Assembly: GCF_001462395.1 (NCBI RefSeq)
Contig: NZ_LNTB01000002.1
Span: 78,836 to 110,835 of the forward strand
DNA from: Pyrodictium occultum
Lineage (GTDB): Archaea > Thermoproteota > Thermoprotei_A > Sulfolobales > Pyrodictiaceae
Length of the DNA stretch: 32,000 nucleotides
Direction of reading: 5' to 3'
Shown here: one piece after another, positions 1-8,420 of the stretch
Numbering within the stretch: the first letter of the stretch is position 1
Layout of the letters: every line of letters starts with the position of its first letter
Notes under the pieces: generated by a model
The model's input: only the letters and a program-made list of their open reading frames with translations
Told to the model about the DNA's origin: nothing
Database searches by the model: none
Made by a program: the position numbers and the translations under genes

Positions 1-438
1 CTCCCTGGCCGCGTCCCTTAGCTCGTCGTAGGTCACCCTGGCCCCCGTGAGGCTCGTCCTCGCCTTGTCGAGCAGCTTGGCGGCCGTACCGGGGTCCGAC
101 ACTGCTATGCTCCTCCTGGCCTCCGCCAGTAGGCTCCTCGTCTCGTTGACCTGAGCGGCGAGCCTGTCTAGCAGGCTGTTAAGCCTCTCAAGGGTGTAGC
201 GGAGGCCCGCCGGGGCGTAGACCTGCTCCGCGAGGGACAGCCCCGCCCTGGCGGCCGAGAGGTTCATTGACCCGATTGCCTCCGCGACCCTGGCGTAGAG
301 GGCCAGGAGGGCTAGGGGGCTGGGCCCCTCCCCCCTCGCGGTGGAGGGGTCCACGTGCCTAGGGGGCCTGGCGGCCCAGGCTGCCGCCAGGGCGAGCAGG
401 GCCAGGAGGGCTAGGGCTGGGAGTACGCGCCTCCTCAC
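1..438 (-). CDS. Hypothetical secreted or membrane-anchored protein; 3-prime end lies outside the window (absent from the supplied ORF track)
   Basis: Own translation of the minus strand from GTG at 438..436 gives VRRRVLPALALLALLALAAAWAARPPRHVDPSTARGEG... It stays open for 146 codons to position 1. The N-terminus is hydrophobic and signal-peptide-like, followed by Ala/Leu/Arg-rich helical sequence. The GTG overlaps the TGA stop (437..435) of the upstream gene as GTGA, suggesting operon coupling. Confidence 0.45.
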   Translation of the reverse strand, partial: MRRRVLPALALLALLALAAAWAARPPRHVDPSTARGEGPSPLALLALYARVAEAIGSMNLSAARAGLSLAEQVYAPAGLRYTLERLNSLLDRLAAQVNETRSLLAEARRSIAVSDPGTAAKLLDKARTSLTGARVTYDELRDAARE

Positions 439-680
439 CGCCCGAGCACCTCGGCCACCCTGAACCCCACGGCTATGGTGAAGGCTGCGAGGAGCGCGGC
501 GTGGAGCCAGTCCCTACCCCTCCTCGCAGGCCTGAGCACAGCCTTGACCACGGTGTACTCCAGCGTGTACATCGCTATGTATGCGTCCAGCCTCTCCTCC
601 CCCAGGGCCCAGAGCGTGGACACGGTTAGGGCCACCATGATGGCGAGCAGTGTGTTGGCTAGGCGGCTCCTATCCACCAT
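435..680 (-). CDS. Small hydrophobic membrane protein (81 aa), unknown function
   Basis: ORF track. There are two or three hydrophobic stretches (LLAIMVALTVSTLWAL, LHAALLAAFTIAVGF). It is tightly packed between the two neighbouring minus-strand genes. Confidence 0.45.
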   Translation of the reverse strand: MVDRSRLANTLLAIMVALTVSTLWALGEERLDAYIAMYTLEYTVVKAVLRPARRGRDWLHAALLAAFTIAVGFRVAEVLGR

Positions 681-686
681 GAGGCT

Positions 687-1397
687 CTACCCCTCGGGCC
701 TCCCGACGACTATCCTCCTGGCCCGGGGCCCGGCCCTCCGGTCGGCCTCCAGCAGGGCGCTCCCCCATAGCAGGGCTGCGGCGGAGGCGGCCACCACCCC
801 GTATATGCTCCCCACGGTGTCCTCGAGGCTCGCCGGAGCCGCCACGCGCTCCCCGTGGACCTCGACCACCAGCCTGTCCCCCTGGTCGACGCAGTCCAGC
901 CAGTCGGCTAGGCCTAGGAGGTCTGTGAGCAGGTACCCCACCGCCGCGCACGGCTCCGTGAAGCCCTCCACCATGCTCCCCGAGACGGGCGAGCGGAGGA
1001 CCAGGACCGGCCTCCCCCCGCAAACCGTTATCGGCGTGGCCGGGGGCCCGCCGGGGCCGGGGCAGCCGGCCGCCCCGACGTAGATGTAGACCGTGCCGCC
1101 GCTGCTCCGGTACAGGCTCGGCCCCCGGGCCCCGAGGGCCTCCAGGAGCCCGGCTATGTTCGAGAACGCGTTCTCGAGGAGCAGGAGGGCCTCCCTCACC
1201 CCGGTGCAGGCCTCGGGGGTGAGGTACATGGATGCGCCCACCACCGCCAGGCCCAGCCAGAGGGCCGTGAGGGGCCCGGGGCCTATGAGCAGGTAGGTGG
1301 CCGCCGCGAGCACCGCCGCCGAGACTGCTACGGCTAGCCCAGCTGCCTGGTAGGCGGCCATCGCCGGGCCTCCCTGCCCCACCGGGGCCCGCGGCAC
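687..1397 (-). CDS. Membrane-anchored hypothetical protein (236 aa; start may be the internal ATG at 1360)
   Basis: ORF track. The N-terminal Ala/Leu-rich hydrophobic helices (AAGLAVAVSAAVLAAATYLLIG, LTALWLGLAVVGA) are followed by a soluble domain with several Cys. It is the first gene of a three-gene minus-strand unit. The competing 346-aa ORF (670..1710) in another frame is Arg/Gly/Pro-rich junk. Confidence 0.5.
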   Translation of the reverse strand: MPRAPVGQGGPAMAAYQAAGLAVAVSAAVLAAATYLLIGPGPLTALWLGLAVVGASMYLTPEACTGVREALLLLENAFSNIAGLLEALGARGPSLYRSSGGTVYIYVGAAGCPGPGGPPATPITVCGGRPVLVLRSPVSGSMVEGFTEPCAAVGYLLTDLLGLADWLDCVDQGDRLVVEVHGERVAAPASLEDTVGSIYGVVAASAAALLWGSALLEADRRAGPRARRIVVGRPEG

Positions 1398-1403
1398 CTA
1401 GCA

Positions 1404-1410
1404 TCTTAAA
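1404..1410. promoter_or_regulatory. Candidate TATA-like box in a divergent intergenic region
   Basis: tcttaaa is the only A/T patch in the GC-rich spacer between the minus gene (start 1397 or 1360) and the plus GT2 gene (start 1427 or 1505). The spacing does not cleanly fit either annotated start. Confidence 0.25.
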
Positions 1411-1504
1411 CCCTCGCATACCGTAGGTGCTAGCCGCGCGGCCTGGAGGCTCCAGGCTCCCTCTCCCGGGGCCGCGGGGGCTTGCAGGGGTCTTGAGGGC
1501 CGGC

Positions 1505-2638
1505 ATGAGGGGCCTGACGGTACTGATACCCGTCCTCGACGAGGCCGAGGCTATAGGCAGGGTTATAGACGAGGTCGTCTCGGCGGGCGTCCCCAGGGAG
1601 AACATCCTGGTCGTGGACGGGGGCAGCAGGGACGGGACGGTCGAGATAGCCAGGGCCCGCGGGGTGAGGGTGGTGAGGCAGGAGGGCCGCGGGAAGGCTA
1701 TGGCTGTCAAGACGGGGCTGCGCCACGTCTCAACCCCCTACGTCCTCGTCATGGACGGGGACTACACGTACCCCGCGGAGTATATACCCGTCCTCTACCG
1801 GGTCCTGGTCGAGGGCGGCTACGACCTAGTGATAGGCGCCCGCGTGCCCGAGCGGGGCGCGCAGAGCCTCGTCTACCGGGTGGGGAACGCGCTGCTCACA
1901 AGGCTCTTCAACCTCCTCTTCGGCACCAGGCTTAGCGACGTGCTGAGCGGCATGTACGCGGCCCGGACCAGGAGGCTCCGGGAGCTGGGCTTCGAGATGC
2001 AGGGGTTCAGCATAGAGTCCGAGATAGCCGCCCACGTGGCCTCCACCACGGGGAGGATAGCGGAGGTCCCCATCAGGTACAGGAGGAGGCTTGGGAGGAA
2101 GAAGCTCCGGGTCCTCCACGGCCTGTCCATAGCCAGGGACATGGTCCGGCTCGCGTGGAGGTACAACCCCGCCTTCCTCATATTCCTGCTAGGCGGCCTC
2201 CTCCTCGCCCCGGGGCTCGGGCTGGGGGGCTGGGTCGCCTACATGTACCTGGCCCACGGGGTCAAGCACTACGTGAAGGGGCTGGCAGCGGTGGTGCTCT
2301 CCTCCACGGGCCTCGCCAGCCTCCTCCTCGCAGTGATGGCCCTCTACCTTAAGAGGGCCGAGATGAGGCTCCAGAGGAGGCTGGAGGAGCTCGCCGAGAG
2401 GCTCAACCGCCTACTGGAAGAGCGCGTCGATGAGGGGGGAGAGGGGCCTGGCGAGCCTCCCAGCCCTCTCCCCGAGCAGCCCCCGGGCCAGGTCGCGGAG
2501 GTCGCGGCGCTCCAGGACCCCCAGCCGGCCGTAGGCGGGGTAGCTGAGCGCGAGGAGGGCGGCGCCCGCGAGCCAGTGGAGCCCCAGGATCCTGGCCAGG
2601 GCAGCCAGCGCCGCGGGCACGGCGGCAGCCCCGCCTAG
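1505..2638 (+). CDS. GT2 glycosyltransferase, polyprenyl/dolichyl-phosphate hexose synthase-like (GtrB/DPM1-like architecture)
   Basis: Starts MRGLTVLIPVLDEAEAIGRVIDEV. Carries VVDGGSRDGT and MDGDYTYP (DxD), then two C-terminal TM helices (FLIFLLGGLLLAPGLGLGGWVAY, AAVVLSSTGLASLLLAVMALYL). ATG 1505 is preferred over the ORF-track GTG 1427 because it sits just before the GT2 fold. The last ~75 codons are antisense to the flippase gene. Confidence 0.75.
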   Translation: MRGLTVLIPVLDEAEAIGRVIDEVVSAGVPRENILVVDGGSRDGTVEIARARGVRVVRQEGRGKAMAVKTGLRHVSTPYVLVMDGDYTYPAEYIPVLYRVLVEGGYDLVIGARVPERGAQSLVYRVGNALLTRLFNLLFGTRLSDVLSGMYAARTRRLRELGFEMQGFSIESEIAAHVASTTGRIAEVPIRYRRRLGRKKLRVLHGLSIARDMVRLAWRYNPAFLIFLLGGLLLAPGLGLGGWVAYMYLAHGVKHYVKGLAAVVLSSTGLASLLLAVMALYLKRAEMRLQRRLEELAERLNRLLEERVDEGGEGPGEPPSPLPEQPPGQVAEVAALQDPQPAVGGVAEREEGGAREPVEPQDPGQGSQRRGHGGSPA

Positions 2639-3910
2639 CAGCCTCCAGTCGAGCCGCAGGCCCAGGCCCCCGGCCACGGCCGCGCTGTAGGCCAGCCCGG
2701 CGTAGGAGCCCAGGGCGTACGCCACGGCCGCCCCGAGGCCGTGGAGCCTGGGGACGAGGACGAGGTAGAGGAGCAGCCTGGGCAGGCTGGCGGCGAGGCC
2801 CTGGGCGAGCACCAGGCGGTACCTCCCATGGGCGTAGGCCAGGCTCGACACGGTCGCGTTGACCGCGTCCGGCAGGAAGCCCGTGAGGAGGACGGCCAGC
2901 TCAGCCGAGGCGGAGGCGTAGCCCCTGCCCAGGAGGCCCAGGACCAGCCCGGGGTAGGCGGCGGCGTAGAACGCCACGGGGGCGGTGACGGCCAGGCTCA
3001 CCCTCAGGGCCCTCCAGGCGGCCCCACCCCTCCCCCCGGCCATGCCGCTGAGCACCGGGAGGAGGAGGCTCAGCACGCTCATACCGAGCCCCGTAGCGAG
3101 GCCCGCGGCGGCGAAGGCCACGTAGTAGTAGCCCGTCTCCACGGCCCCGCTGCTCCCGTAGACGAGTAGCACGCCCAGCCACTGGCCGGCGAGGACCACG
3201 ACGCCCGGGGCCCAGGAGGCCAGGCCGGCGGCCAGGACCCCCGCCACCGCGGCCGCGTCCAGGCCGATCCAGGCCCCGTAGCGCCTAGCCAGGTAGGGGA
3301 GCCCCACCAGGAGCACCGCGGCGGGGAGGAGGGCGTAGCCCGCCACGACCCCGGGGAGCCCGGCCCCGAGGGCCACGAGCCCCGCGCCCAGGGCCAGCTT
3401 GGAGAGGTTGCCCAGCAGCCTGGAGGCGAGGACCAGGTCGCTGCGGAGGAGGGCGAGCAGGGCAGCCTCCACCACCCCGGCCACGCCCAGCGCCGCCAGG
3501 GCGCCGGAGAGGAGGAGCATCCGGGGCCCGAGGCCCCCCAGCCCCCGGCCCGCGAGCCCCAGGAGGGCCAGGGCGGAGCCGGCGGCCAGGTAGACCAGGG
3601 CCATAGCGTAGAGCGTCGACCAGAAGACCCTCCGGAGGCAGGCCTCGTCCCCAGCCCCCAGGCACCTGCCCAGCCGGTGCTGGAGCCCGGCGCCCGCACC
3701 GAGCCCCGCAGCCCCCGAGACGAGGCCGGCGAGCCCAACCACGGCCGAGGCCCTGCCCAGGAGCCCGGGGCCGGCGAGCCTCGAGACCACGAGCCAGTAG
3801 AGGAAGCCGCCGAGAGCGTTAACCAGCCTAGAGGCGTAGAGCCAAAGCCCCCCGCGCACAAGCCTGGAGAGGCTCAAGCCCGCCCAGAACCCCGCAGGAG
3901 AGAAGGGCAC
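2411..3910 (-). CDS. Polysaccharide/oligosaccharide flippase, MOP superfamily (Wzx-like)
   Basis: 499-aa polytopic Ala/Leu/Gly-rich protein with about 12 or more hydrophobic segments and a charged cytoplasmic C-terminal tail (RRDLRDLARGLLGERAGRLARPL). Size and architecture are typical of Wzx/RfbX proteins. GTG start at 3910. Confidence 0.65.
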   Translation of the reverse strand: MPFSPAGFWAGLSLSRLVRGGLWLYASRLVNALGGFLYWLVVSRLAGPGLLGRASAVVGLAGLVSGAAGLGAGAGLQHRLGRCLGAGDEACLRRVFWSTLYAMALVYLAAGSALALLGLAGRGLGGLGPRMLLLSGALAALGVAGVVEAALLALLRSDLVLASRLLGNLSKLALGAGLVALGAGLPGVVAGYALLPAAVLLVGLPYLARRYGAWIGLDAAAVAGVLAAGLASWAPGVVVLAGQWLGVLLVYGSSGAVETGYYYVAFAAAGLATGLGMSVLSLLLPVLSGMAGGRGGAAWRALRVSLAVTAPVAFYAAAYPGLVLGLLGRGYASASAELAVLLTGFLPDAVNATVSSLAYAHGRYRLVLAQGLAASLPRLLLYLVLVPRLHGLGAAVAYALGSYAGLAYSAAVAGGLGLRLDWRLLGGAAAVPAALAALARILGLHWLAGAALLALSYPAYGRLGVLERRDLRDLARGLLGERAGRLARPLSPLIDALFQ

Positions 3911-3928
3911 CAGGCCCCGGGAGGGAGG

Positions 3929-3937
3929 CTTTTAACC
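3929..3937. promoter_or_regulatory. Candidate bidirectional TATA-like box
   Basis: cttttaacc is the only A/T patch between the divergent flippase (GTG 3910) and the 143-aa gene (GTG 3982). On the minus strand TTAAAA lies about 25 nt upstream of 3910, consistent with a leaderless archaeal transcript. Confidence 0.3.
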
Positions 3938-3981
3938 CCCGCCGCCCCACGCCGCCCGCACAGGCCGGAGGGGCCCCGGGA

Positions 3982-4413
3982 GTGCCGCTACTCGCGGAGC
4001 TGGCGAGCCGCCTAGACCAGGGCCCCGGTAGCCGGGCCCTCGAGAAGGCGAGGGAAGCGGTAGCCAGGATACTCCTCCCAGAGAGGATCACGGGGCCCCT
4101 CATCCAGAAGTACATCCGGAAAGCAATACTCAACCACACCTGGCACGCCCTACCCCCCGAGACCAGGGCGCTCATGCTCCTCGCCCGCCGCCTCCCGAGA
4201 ATAAAATCCCCCACCCTAGCATCCATCCTGAAGCAGGCCTTCCTGAGAATAGAGCTCGCAACCACCCGGGGCCAAGCCCTCCTCTACGGAGCACTCATAG
4301 CCATGAAGAAGGCGGCCCAGGACCTCCACAGGCTACTCCACAACGCCAGCAAGCTACTCATACTAGGACTATCCTACCTCAACAACCCGCCGATATACAG
4401 GATATACGGCTAG
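3982..4413 (+). CDS. Hypothetical protein (143 aa), predicted helical, unknown function
   Basis: ORF track. No motif recognised. It shares the unusual A+C-rich coding-strand composition of the following GT2 gene and is probably co-transcribed with it. Confidence 0.45.
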   Translation: MPLLAELASRLDQGPGSRALEKAREAVARILLPERITGPLIQKYIRKAILNHTWHALPPETRALMLLARRLPRIKSPTLASILKQAFLRIELATTRGQALLYGALIAMKKAAQDLHRLLHNASKLLILGLSYLNNPPIYRIYG

Positions 4414-4469
4414 AGCCCCCCGGGAGCCGTGAAGGCCCACAGCCCAGAGACGGCAGGCACCGGGGCAGC

Positions 4470-4596
4470 GGACACAGCCCTGCTAGAAGCCGCCGAGCCC
4501 CACACAGACGAGCATAACACGGCAGCACGGACTACGACATGCAGGAAACAGTGCCAGACACGCCAGCAGTGGACACAGCCCTGCTAGAAGCCGCCG
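4470..4596. repeat. Perfect 26-bp direct repeat (ggacacagccctgctagaagccgccg) at 4470..4495 and 4571..4596
   Basis: Read directly from the sequence; copies are offset by 101 bp. The second copy encodes residues DTALLEAA at the N-terminus of the GT2 gene (ATG 4539). The first copy encodes the same peptide in a short GTG-initiated upstream ORF (4429..4587). Confidence 0.85.
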
Positions 4597-5693
4597 GGGC
4601 AGCCCTCGCAGCCATACACTTCGGGGTGCCCCTAGCCTACTACTTGTACCTCAGGAGGGCCTGGCTCCGCAGGCCCTGGGGGCTGAGGAGGGACCCCGGG
4701 TACACGCCCAGGGTGGTAGTGGTAGTGCCGACCTACAACGAGGCAGACCTCATAGAGCGTAAGCTCGACGACATCTACAGGCAGGACTACCCCCGCGAAA
4801 AGCTCGAAGTAGTGGTAGTGGACTCAGCCAGCACCGACGGCACCCCGGAGAAGGCTAGAAGGTGGGCCTCCAAGCACCCAGACCTAAAGGTCAGGCTCGT
4901 AGAGGAGCCCGCCAGGAGAGGCAAGGCGCACGCGCTAAACACAGCGCTAAAACACATCCCGCCAGACGCCGAGGTCGTAATCCTAACCGACGCAGACTCG
5001 TTCTGGCCCCAGAGAGACACGGTAAGGAGGGCCGTAGCCTACCTGGCAGACCCCACCGTGGGCGCCGTCTCCTGCCTCAAGAAGCCGGCGGGCCAGGGCC
5101 CCGGGGGCGTCGAGGAGGCCTACAGGAGCCTCTACAACCAGGTAAGGCTCGCAGAGAGCAAAGCCCACTCAACACCAATATTCCACGGGGAGCTAGCAGC
5201 CTACAGGAAGAGCCTCCTAGAAGAGATAGGAGGATTCCCGGAAGACCTCGGCGCAGACGACAGCCACACAGCAACCCTAATAGCGCTCAAAGGCCGCAGG
5301 GCGATAACACCCGAAGACGTATGGTGCACAGAGCTAGTGCCGAGAAAAGGCTACACCAGGTGGAGGATCCGCAGAGCGCAACACCTAACCCAACACTTCC
5401 AGAAAATCCTGAAAACAAGCCACAAAACACCAAGCCAGCTCAAGAGGATACTAGCAGTAGAGGCATACCTACACCTAGCCAACCCATGGCTACTACCAGC
5501 CGCCGCCGCACTACTAGCACTAGCCGCCGCCCACAAAAGCCCCTCAGCCATCATACTACTAGCCCTAGCCGCCGCGCTACTAGCGTACAAGCCGTACAGG
5601 ACGTGGATAACAACACAACTATACCTCACAGCAGCAATGATAAGAAACCTACACACAAAGGAGATAACATGGGAAAAGCAGACCAAACAGTAA
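4539..5693 (+). CDS. Integral-membrane GT2 glycosyltransferase (synthase-like, NodC/IcaA/cellulose-synthase-type architecture)
   Basis: An N-terminal TM helix is followed by VVVVPTYNEADLIERKLDDIYRQDYP, VVVVDSASTDGT, ILTDADS (DxD), GADDSHTA and RWRIRRAQH (a Q/RxxRW-like motif). C-terminal TM helices follow. Confidence 0.75.
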   Translation: MQETVPDTPAVDTALLEAAGAALAAIHFGVPLAYYLYLRRAWLRRPWGLRRDPGYTPRVVVVVPTYNEADLIERKLDDIYRQDYPREKLEVVVVDSASTDGTPEKARRWASKHPDLKVRLVEEPARRGKAHALNTALKHIPPDAEVVILTDADSFWPQRDTVRRAVAYLADPTVGAVSCLKKPAGQGPGGVEEAYRSLYNQVRLAESKAHSTPIFHGELAAYRKSLLEEIGGFPEDLGADDSHTATLIALKGRRAITPEDVWCTELVPRKGYTRWRIRRAQHLTQHFQKILKTSHKTPSQLKRILAVEAYLHLANPWLLPAAAALLALAAAHKSPSAIILLALAAALLAYKPYRTWITTQLYLTAAMIRNLHTKEITWEKQTKQ

Positions 5694-5713
5694 AAGGGCG
5701 GGTTCCAGAACCC

Positions 5714-6784
5714 ATGAAGATACTCTACATAACTCCTAGATACTATCCGCATATAGGTGGTGTGGAGTATGTAGTGAAGTCTGTCGCTGAGAGGCTGGTT
5801 AGATGGGGGCATAAAGTTGCTGTGTTCTCTGGAGAACCCAATATAGAGATTCCTAAGGAAGATAATGTCAATAATGTACATGTAATTAGGTGGCCTGTAT
5901 GGAGCCCCTCTAATGCTTATCATGTACCGAGAAAAAAGACCTTGTTTGAAAGAATGTTGGAAAATCTGCTGGATGATATAGATGTACTTCATATTCACAA
6001 CATACATAGTGTTTTAACATATTATGCATGGAAAATTTGGAGACGAAGAAAAAACTGCAAGTTGATTTTAACGCCTTATTATCATGGAACAGGTCATACA
6101 GTAATTAGGAGAATGTTGTGGATCGGATGGAGAAGAATAATTAGAAGGATAATAAGAGATGCATATAGGGTTCATACAGTATCGCAATTAGAAGCTTCAT
6201 TGATATCAAGAGATTTCCAGGTGCCGGCTGTACCGATCGAAAACGGGGTTGAAGAGAAAGTTAAAAGGCTCAATTGGAAACCTAGCAATTATGTTCTTTA
6301 TGCAGGTAGGATTGAGAAATATAAAAATATTCATAGGCTAGCTAAAATAATATTGATGCTTAATAAGAAATATGGATATGATCTTAGCTTTATGGTTATT
6401 GGTGAAGGCCCATATAGAGAAAAGCTTAAAAAATATTTAGATAATATAGGAATCAATTATGTGATCTCACACTTTAAACCATATGAGGAATACCTCAAAA
6501 TACTTTCGCAAGCATACTTCTTTGGATTGCTATCTGAAAAGGAATCTTATCCTCAGAGTGTGAATGAGGCCAATGCCATTGGAGTACCGGTGGTTATAGC
6601 AAAACCTTGGGGAGCAAATTTTAATAAAAGAAGGAGAACATTAATAATTGATCCAGAAAGCAATAGTGAGGTTTTAGCCATGAAAATAAGCGAATTCTTA
6701 AAACAAGTAGCTAATGAGCCTAGATCTAATGTCCCTACATGGGATGAGATCGCTAAAATATACATTCAAAAACTGTATAGCTAG
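5714..6784 (+). CDS. GT4-family (GT-B) glycosyltransferase
   Basis: Starts MKILYITPRYYPHIGGVEYVV and has a C-terminal E-x7-E (ESYPQSVNE) followed by AIGVPVV. The ORF-track entry 4862..6784 is this gene plus a spurious 284-codon upstream extension in an alternate frame of the GT2 gene. Confidence 0.75.
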   Translation: MKILYITPRYYPHIGGVEYVVKSVAERLVRWGHKVAVFSGEPNIEIPKEDNVNNVHVIRWPVWSPSNAYHVPRKKTLFERMLENLLDDIDVLHIHNIHSVLTYYAWKIWRRRKNCKLILTPYYHGTGHTVIRRMLWIGWRRIIRRIIRDAYRVHTVSQLEASLISRDFQVPAVPIENGVEEKVKRLNWKPSNYVLYAGRIEKYKNIHRLAKIILMLNKKYGYDLSFMVIGEGPYREKLKKYLDNIGINYVISHFKPYEEYLKILSQAYFFGLLSEKESYPQSVNEANAIGVPVVIAKPWGANFNKRRRTLIIDPESNSEVLAMKISEFLKQVANEPRSNVPTWDEIAKIYIQKLYS

Positions 6785-6795
6785 GTGACAATTTT

Positions 6796-7743
6796 ATGAG
6801 GGGAAAAGCATTAATCACTGGTGGTGCGGGCTTCATCGGTAGCCACTTAGTTGATAGACTCCTCAAAGAGGGGTGGGCTGTAAGAGTAGTCGATAATTTT
6901 AGCTCGGGCAGGTATAGTAATCTAGCTCATCATAGAGACAATCCTATGTTGGAAATAATTAGAGGAGACCTCAAGGATGCTGAGACAAGTATGAGGGTCG
7001 TAGAGGGGGTTGACGTCGTTTTCCACTATGCTGCCAATCCTGAAGTTCGCGTGAGCACTACAAACCCCGATATACATTTCAATGAGAATGTAGTGGCCAC
7101 TTTTAACCTCCTAGAAGCTATGAGGAAGAAAGATATTAGGAAGCTCGTCTTTGCATCCTCTAGCAGCGTCTATGGTGAGCCTGAGAAAATACCGGTTAGT
7201 GAAAACGCACCGATAAAACCAGTATCCGTTTATGGGGCTAGTAAAGCTGCATGCGAGTCGCTAATACATGCATATAGTAAGCTATATGGGATAAAATCCG
7301 TTGTTCTTAGATACGCAAATGTCGTAGGACCTAGGCTTAGACACGGCATCATATACGATATAATTCAGAAACTAAGGAAAAATCCGAGAAGGCTAGAAGT
7401 CTTAGGCGATGGAACACAGGTTAGGAGCTACATCTATATCACAGATGCCATCGAGGCCACAATGCTTACCTTCAAAAACATGAATGATTATTTTGAAGTA
7501 TACAATATAGGAAACGAGGACTGGATCACGGTAGACGAGGTAGTAAATGTAATTATAAAAGTTATGGGGCTAAGTAATGTAGAGATAATCCATAAGCCTA
7601 TAGCCCATGGAGTAGGATGGCCAGGTGATGTGAAAAGAATAGCGCTTAGTATTGAGAAGCTGAAAAGCTTAGGATTTAAACCAAGAATGAATAGTATAGA
7701 ATCTGTGAAGGAGGCGGCCAAGCATGTCGCAAATGAACCCTAA
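6796..7743 (+). CDS. NAD-dependent nucleotide-sugar epimerase/dehydratase (extended SDR, GalE-like)
   Basis: Carries TGGAGFIGSHLVDRLL, ASSSSVYGEP and YGASKAACE (YxxxK). AGGTGA lies 8 nt upstream of the ATG and is Shine-Dalgarno-like. Confidence 0.8.
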   Translation: MRGKALITGGAGFIGSHLVDRLLKEGWAVRVVDNFSSGRYSNLAHHRDNPMLEIIRGDLKDAETSMRVVEGVDVVFHYAANPEVRVSTTNPDIHFNENVVATFNLLEAMRKKDIRKLVFASSSSVYGEPEKIPVSENAPIKPVSVYGASKAACESLIHAYSKLYGIKSVVLRYANVVGPRLRHGIIYDIIQKLRKNPRRLEVLGDGTQVRSYIYITDAIEATMLTFKNMNDYFEVYNIGNEDWITVDEVVNVIIKVMGLSNVEIIHKPIAHGVGWPGDVKRIALSIEKLKSLGFKPRMNSIESVKEAAKHVANEP

Positions 7744-8419
7744 AGTATCAGCCATAAACTCTATTCTTAGCCGGTTAAGACTGGCTCGTGACTCAAAGCT
7801 TTTAGACATAGGTTGTGGCGACGGTAGTTTAACTATCCTTATTGCTAATAAGCTTAAAGTAAGTGAAATATATTGTATCGATGTAGACGAAAACGCATTA
7901 AGTATAGCTAATAAAAAGGGTATAATTACTTTCAAGCTTGACATAAGCAGAGATGATCTTCCTTTTCCAGAAAATACTTTTGATCTATGCCTTATGCTTG
8001 ACGTGATAGAACATCTTGAAAACCCAGATCATGCACTTAGAGAAGCTTATAGAGTCCTAAAAAGAGGGGGATACTTACTGATCACAACTCCGAACATGGC
8101 TTCATGGTATAATCGTTTACTACTACTTCTCGGAAAACCTATCCTAGGCATTGACTTATCTAAAGAGTTTAGGTACAGGTACCCTCTTGGTGTAACACAG
8201 GTTATATCTGGACACCTAAGGCTTTACACCCTAGATGCACTTAGGAAGATGCTCTTTTATCACGGATTTAGAGTAAAGTATGAAGCCGGATATCCACAGG
8301 TCTTCTCAAAAACTCAGGTAAAGGGCTTCATACGCCTGGTTAGGCTTCTAGATGCATCTATCGCGCGCATCAGCAAGACCTGGGCGGCTAACCTATTAGT
8401 GTTAGCTGTTAAGAGCTGA
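7724..8419 (+). CDS. Class I SAM-dependent methyltransferase
   Basis: Carries LLDIGCGDGSL (motif I), LMLDVIEHLENP and LKRGGYLLITTPN. It overlaps the upstream gene by 20 nt; the alternative ATG at 7733 overlaps the upstream stop. Confidence 0.75.
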   Translation: MSQMNPKVSAINSILSRLRLARDSKLLDIGCGDGSLTILIANKLKVSEIYCIDVDENALSIANKKGIITFKLDISRDDLPFPENTFDLCLMLDVIEHLENPDHALREAYRVLKRGGYLLITTPNMASWYNRLLLLLGKPILGIDLSKEFRYRYPLGVTQVISGHLRLYTLDALRKMLFYHGFRVKYEAGYPQVFSKTQVKGFIRLVRLLDASIARISKTWAANLLVLAVKS

Positions 8420-8420
8420 C

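Noticed and set aside
1427-1504. The GTG 1427 start of the GT2 gene given by the ORF track (26 extra N-terminal codons: MLAARPGGSRLPLPGPRGLAGVLRAG).
   Set aside because: The extension is Pro/Gly/Arg-rich with no hydrophobic or structural character. ATG 1505 sits directly before the first GT2 beta-strand (LTVLIPV). The choice remains uncertain without transcript start data.
475-1710. Long ORFs in alternate frames of the GC-rich flanks. Examples: 475..1083 +, 670..1710 -, 3079..3861 -, 3285..3665 -, 20322..20849 -, 23884..24495 -, 25361..26389 +, 27514..28320 -.
   Set aside because: Their products are Arg/Pro/Gly/Ala-rich low-complexity strings with no motif. They overlap frames that carry clear domain signatures. 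In DNA this GC-rich, stop codons are rare in every frame, so ORF length alone is not evidence.
4862-5713. The 284-codon N-terminal extension of the 640-aa ORF 4862..6784.
   Set aside because: The extension is an alternate frame of the GT2 gene (Arg/Pro/Gln/Thr-rich). The GT4 domain begins cleanly at MKILYITPRYYP (ATG 5714), right after the composition switch.
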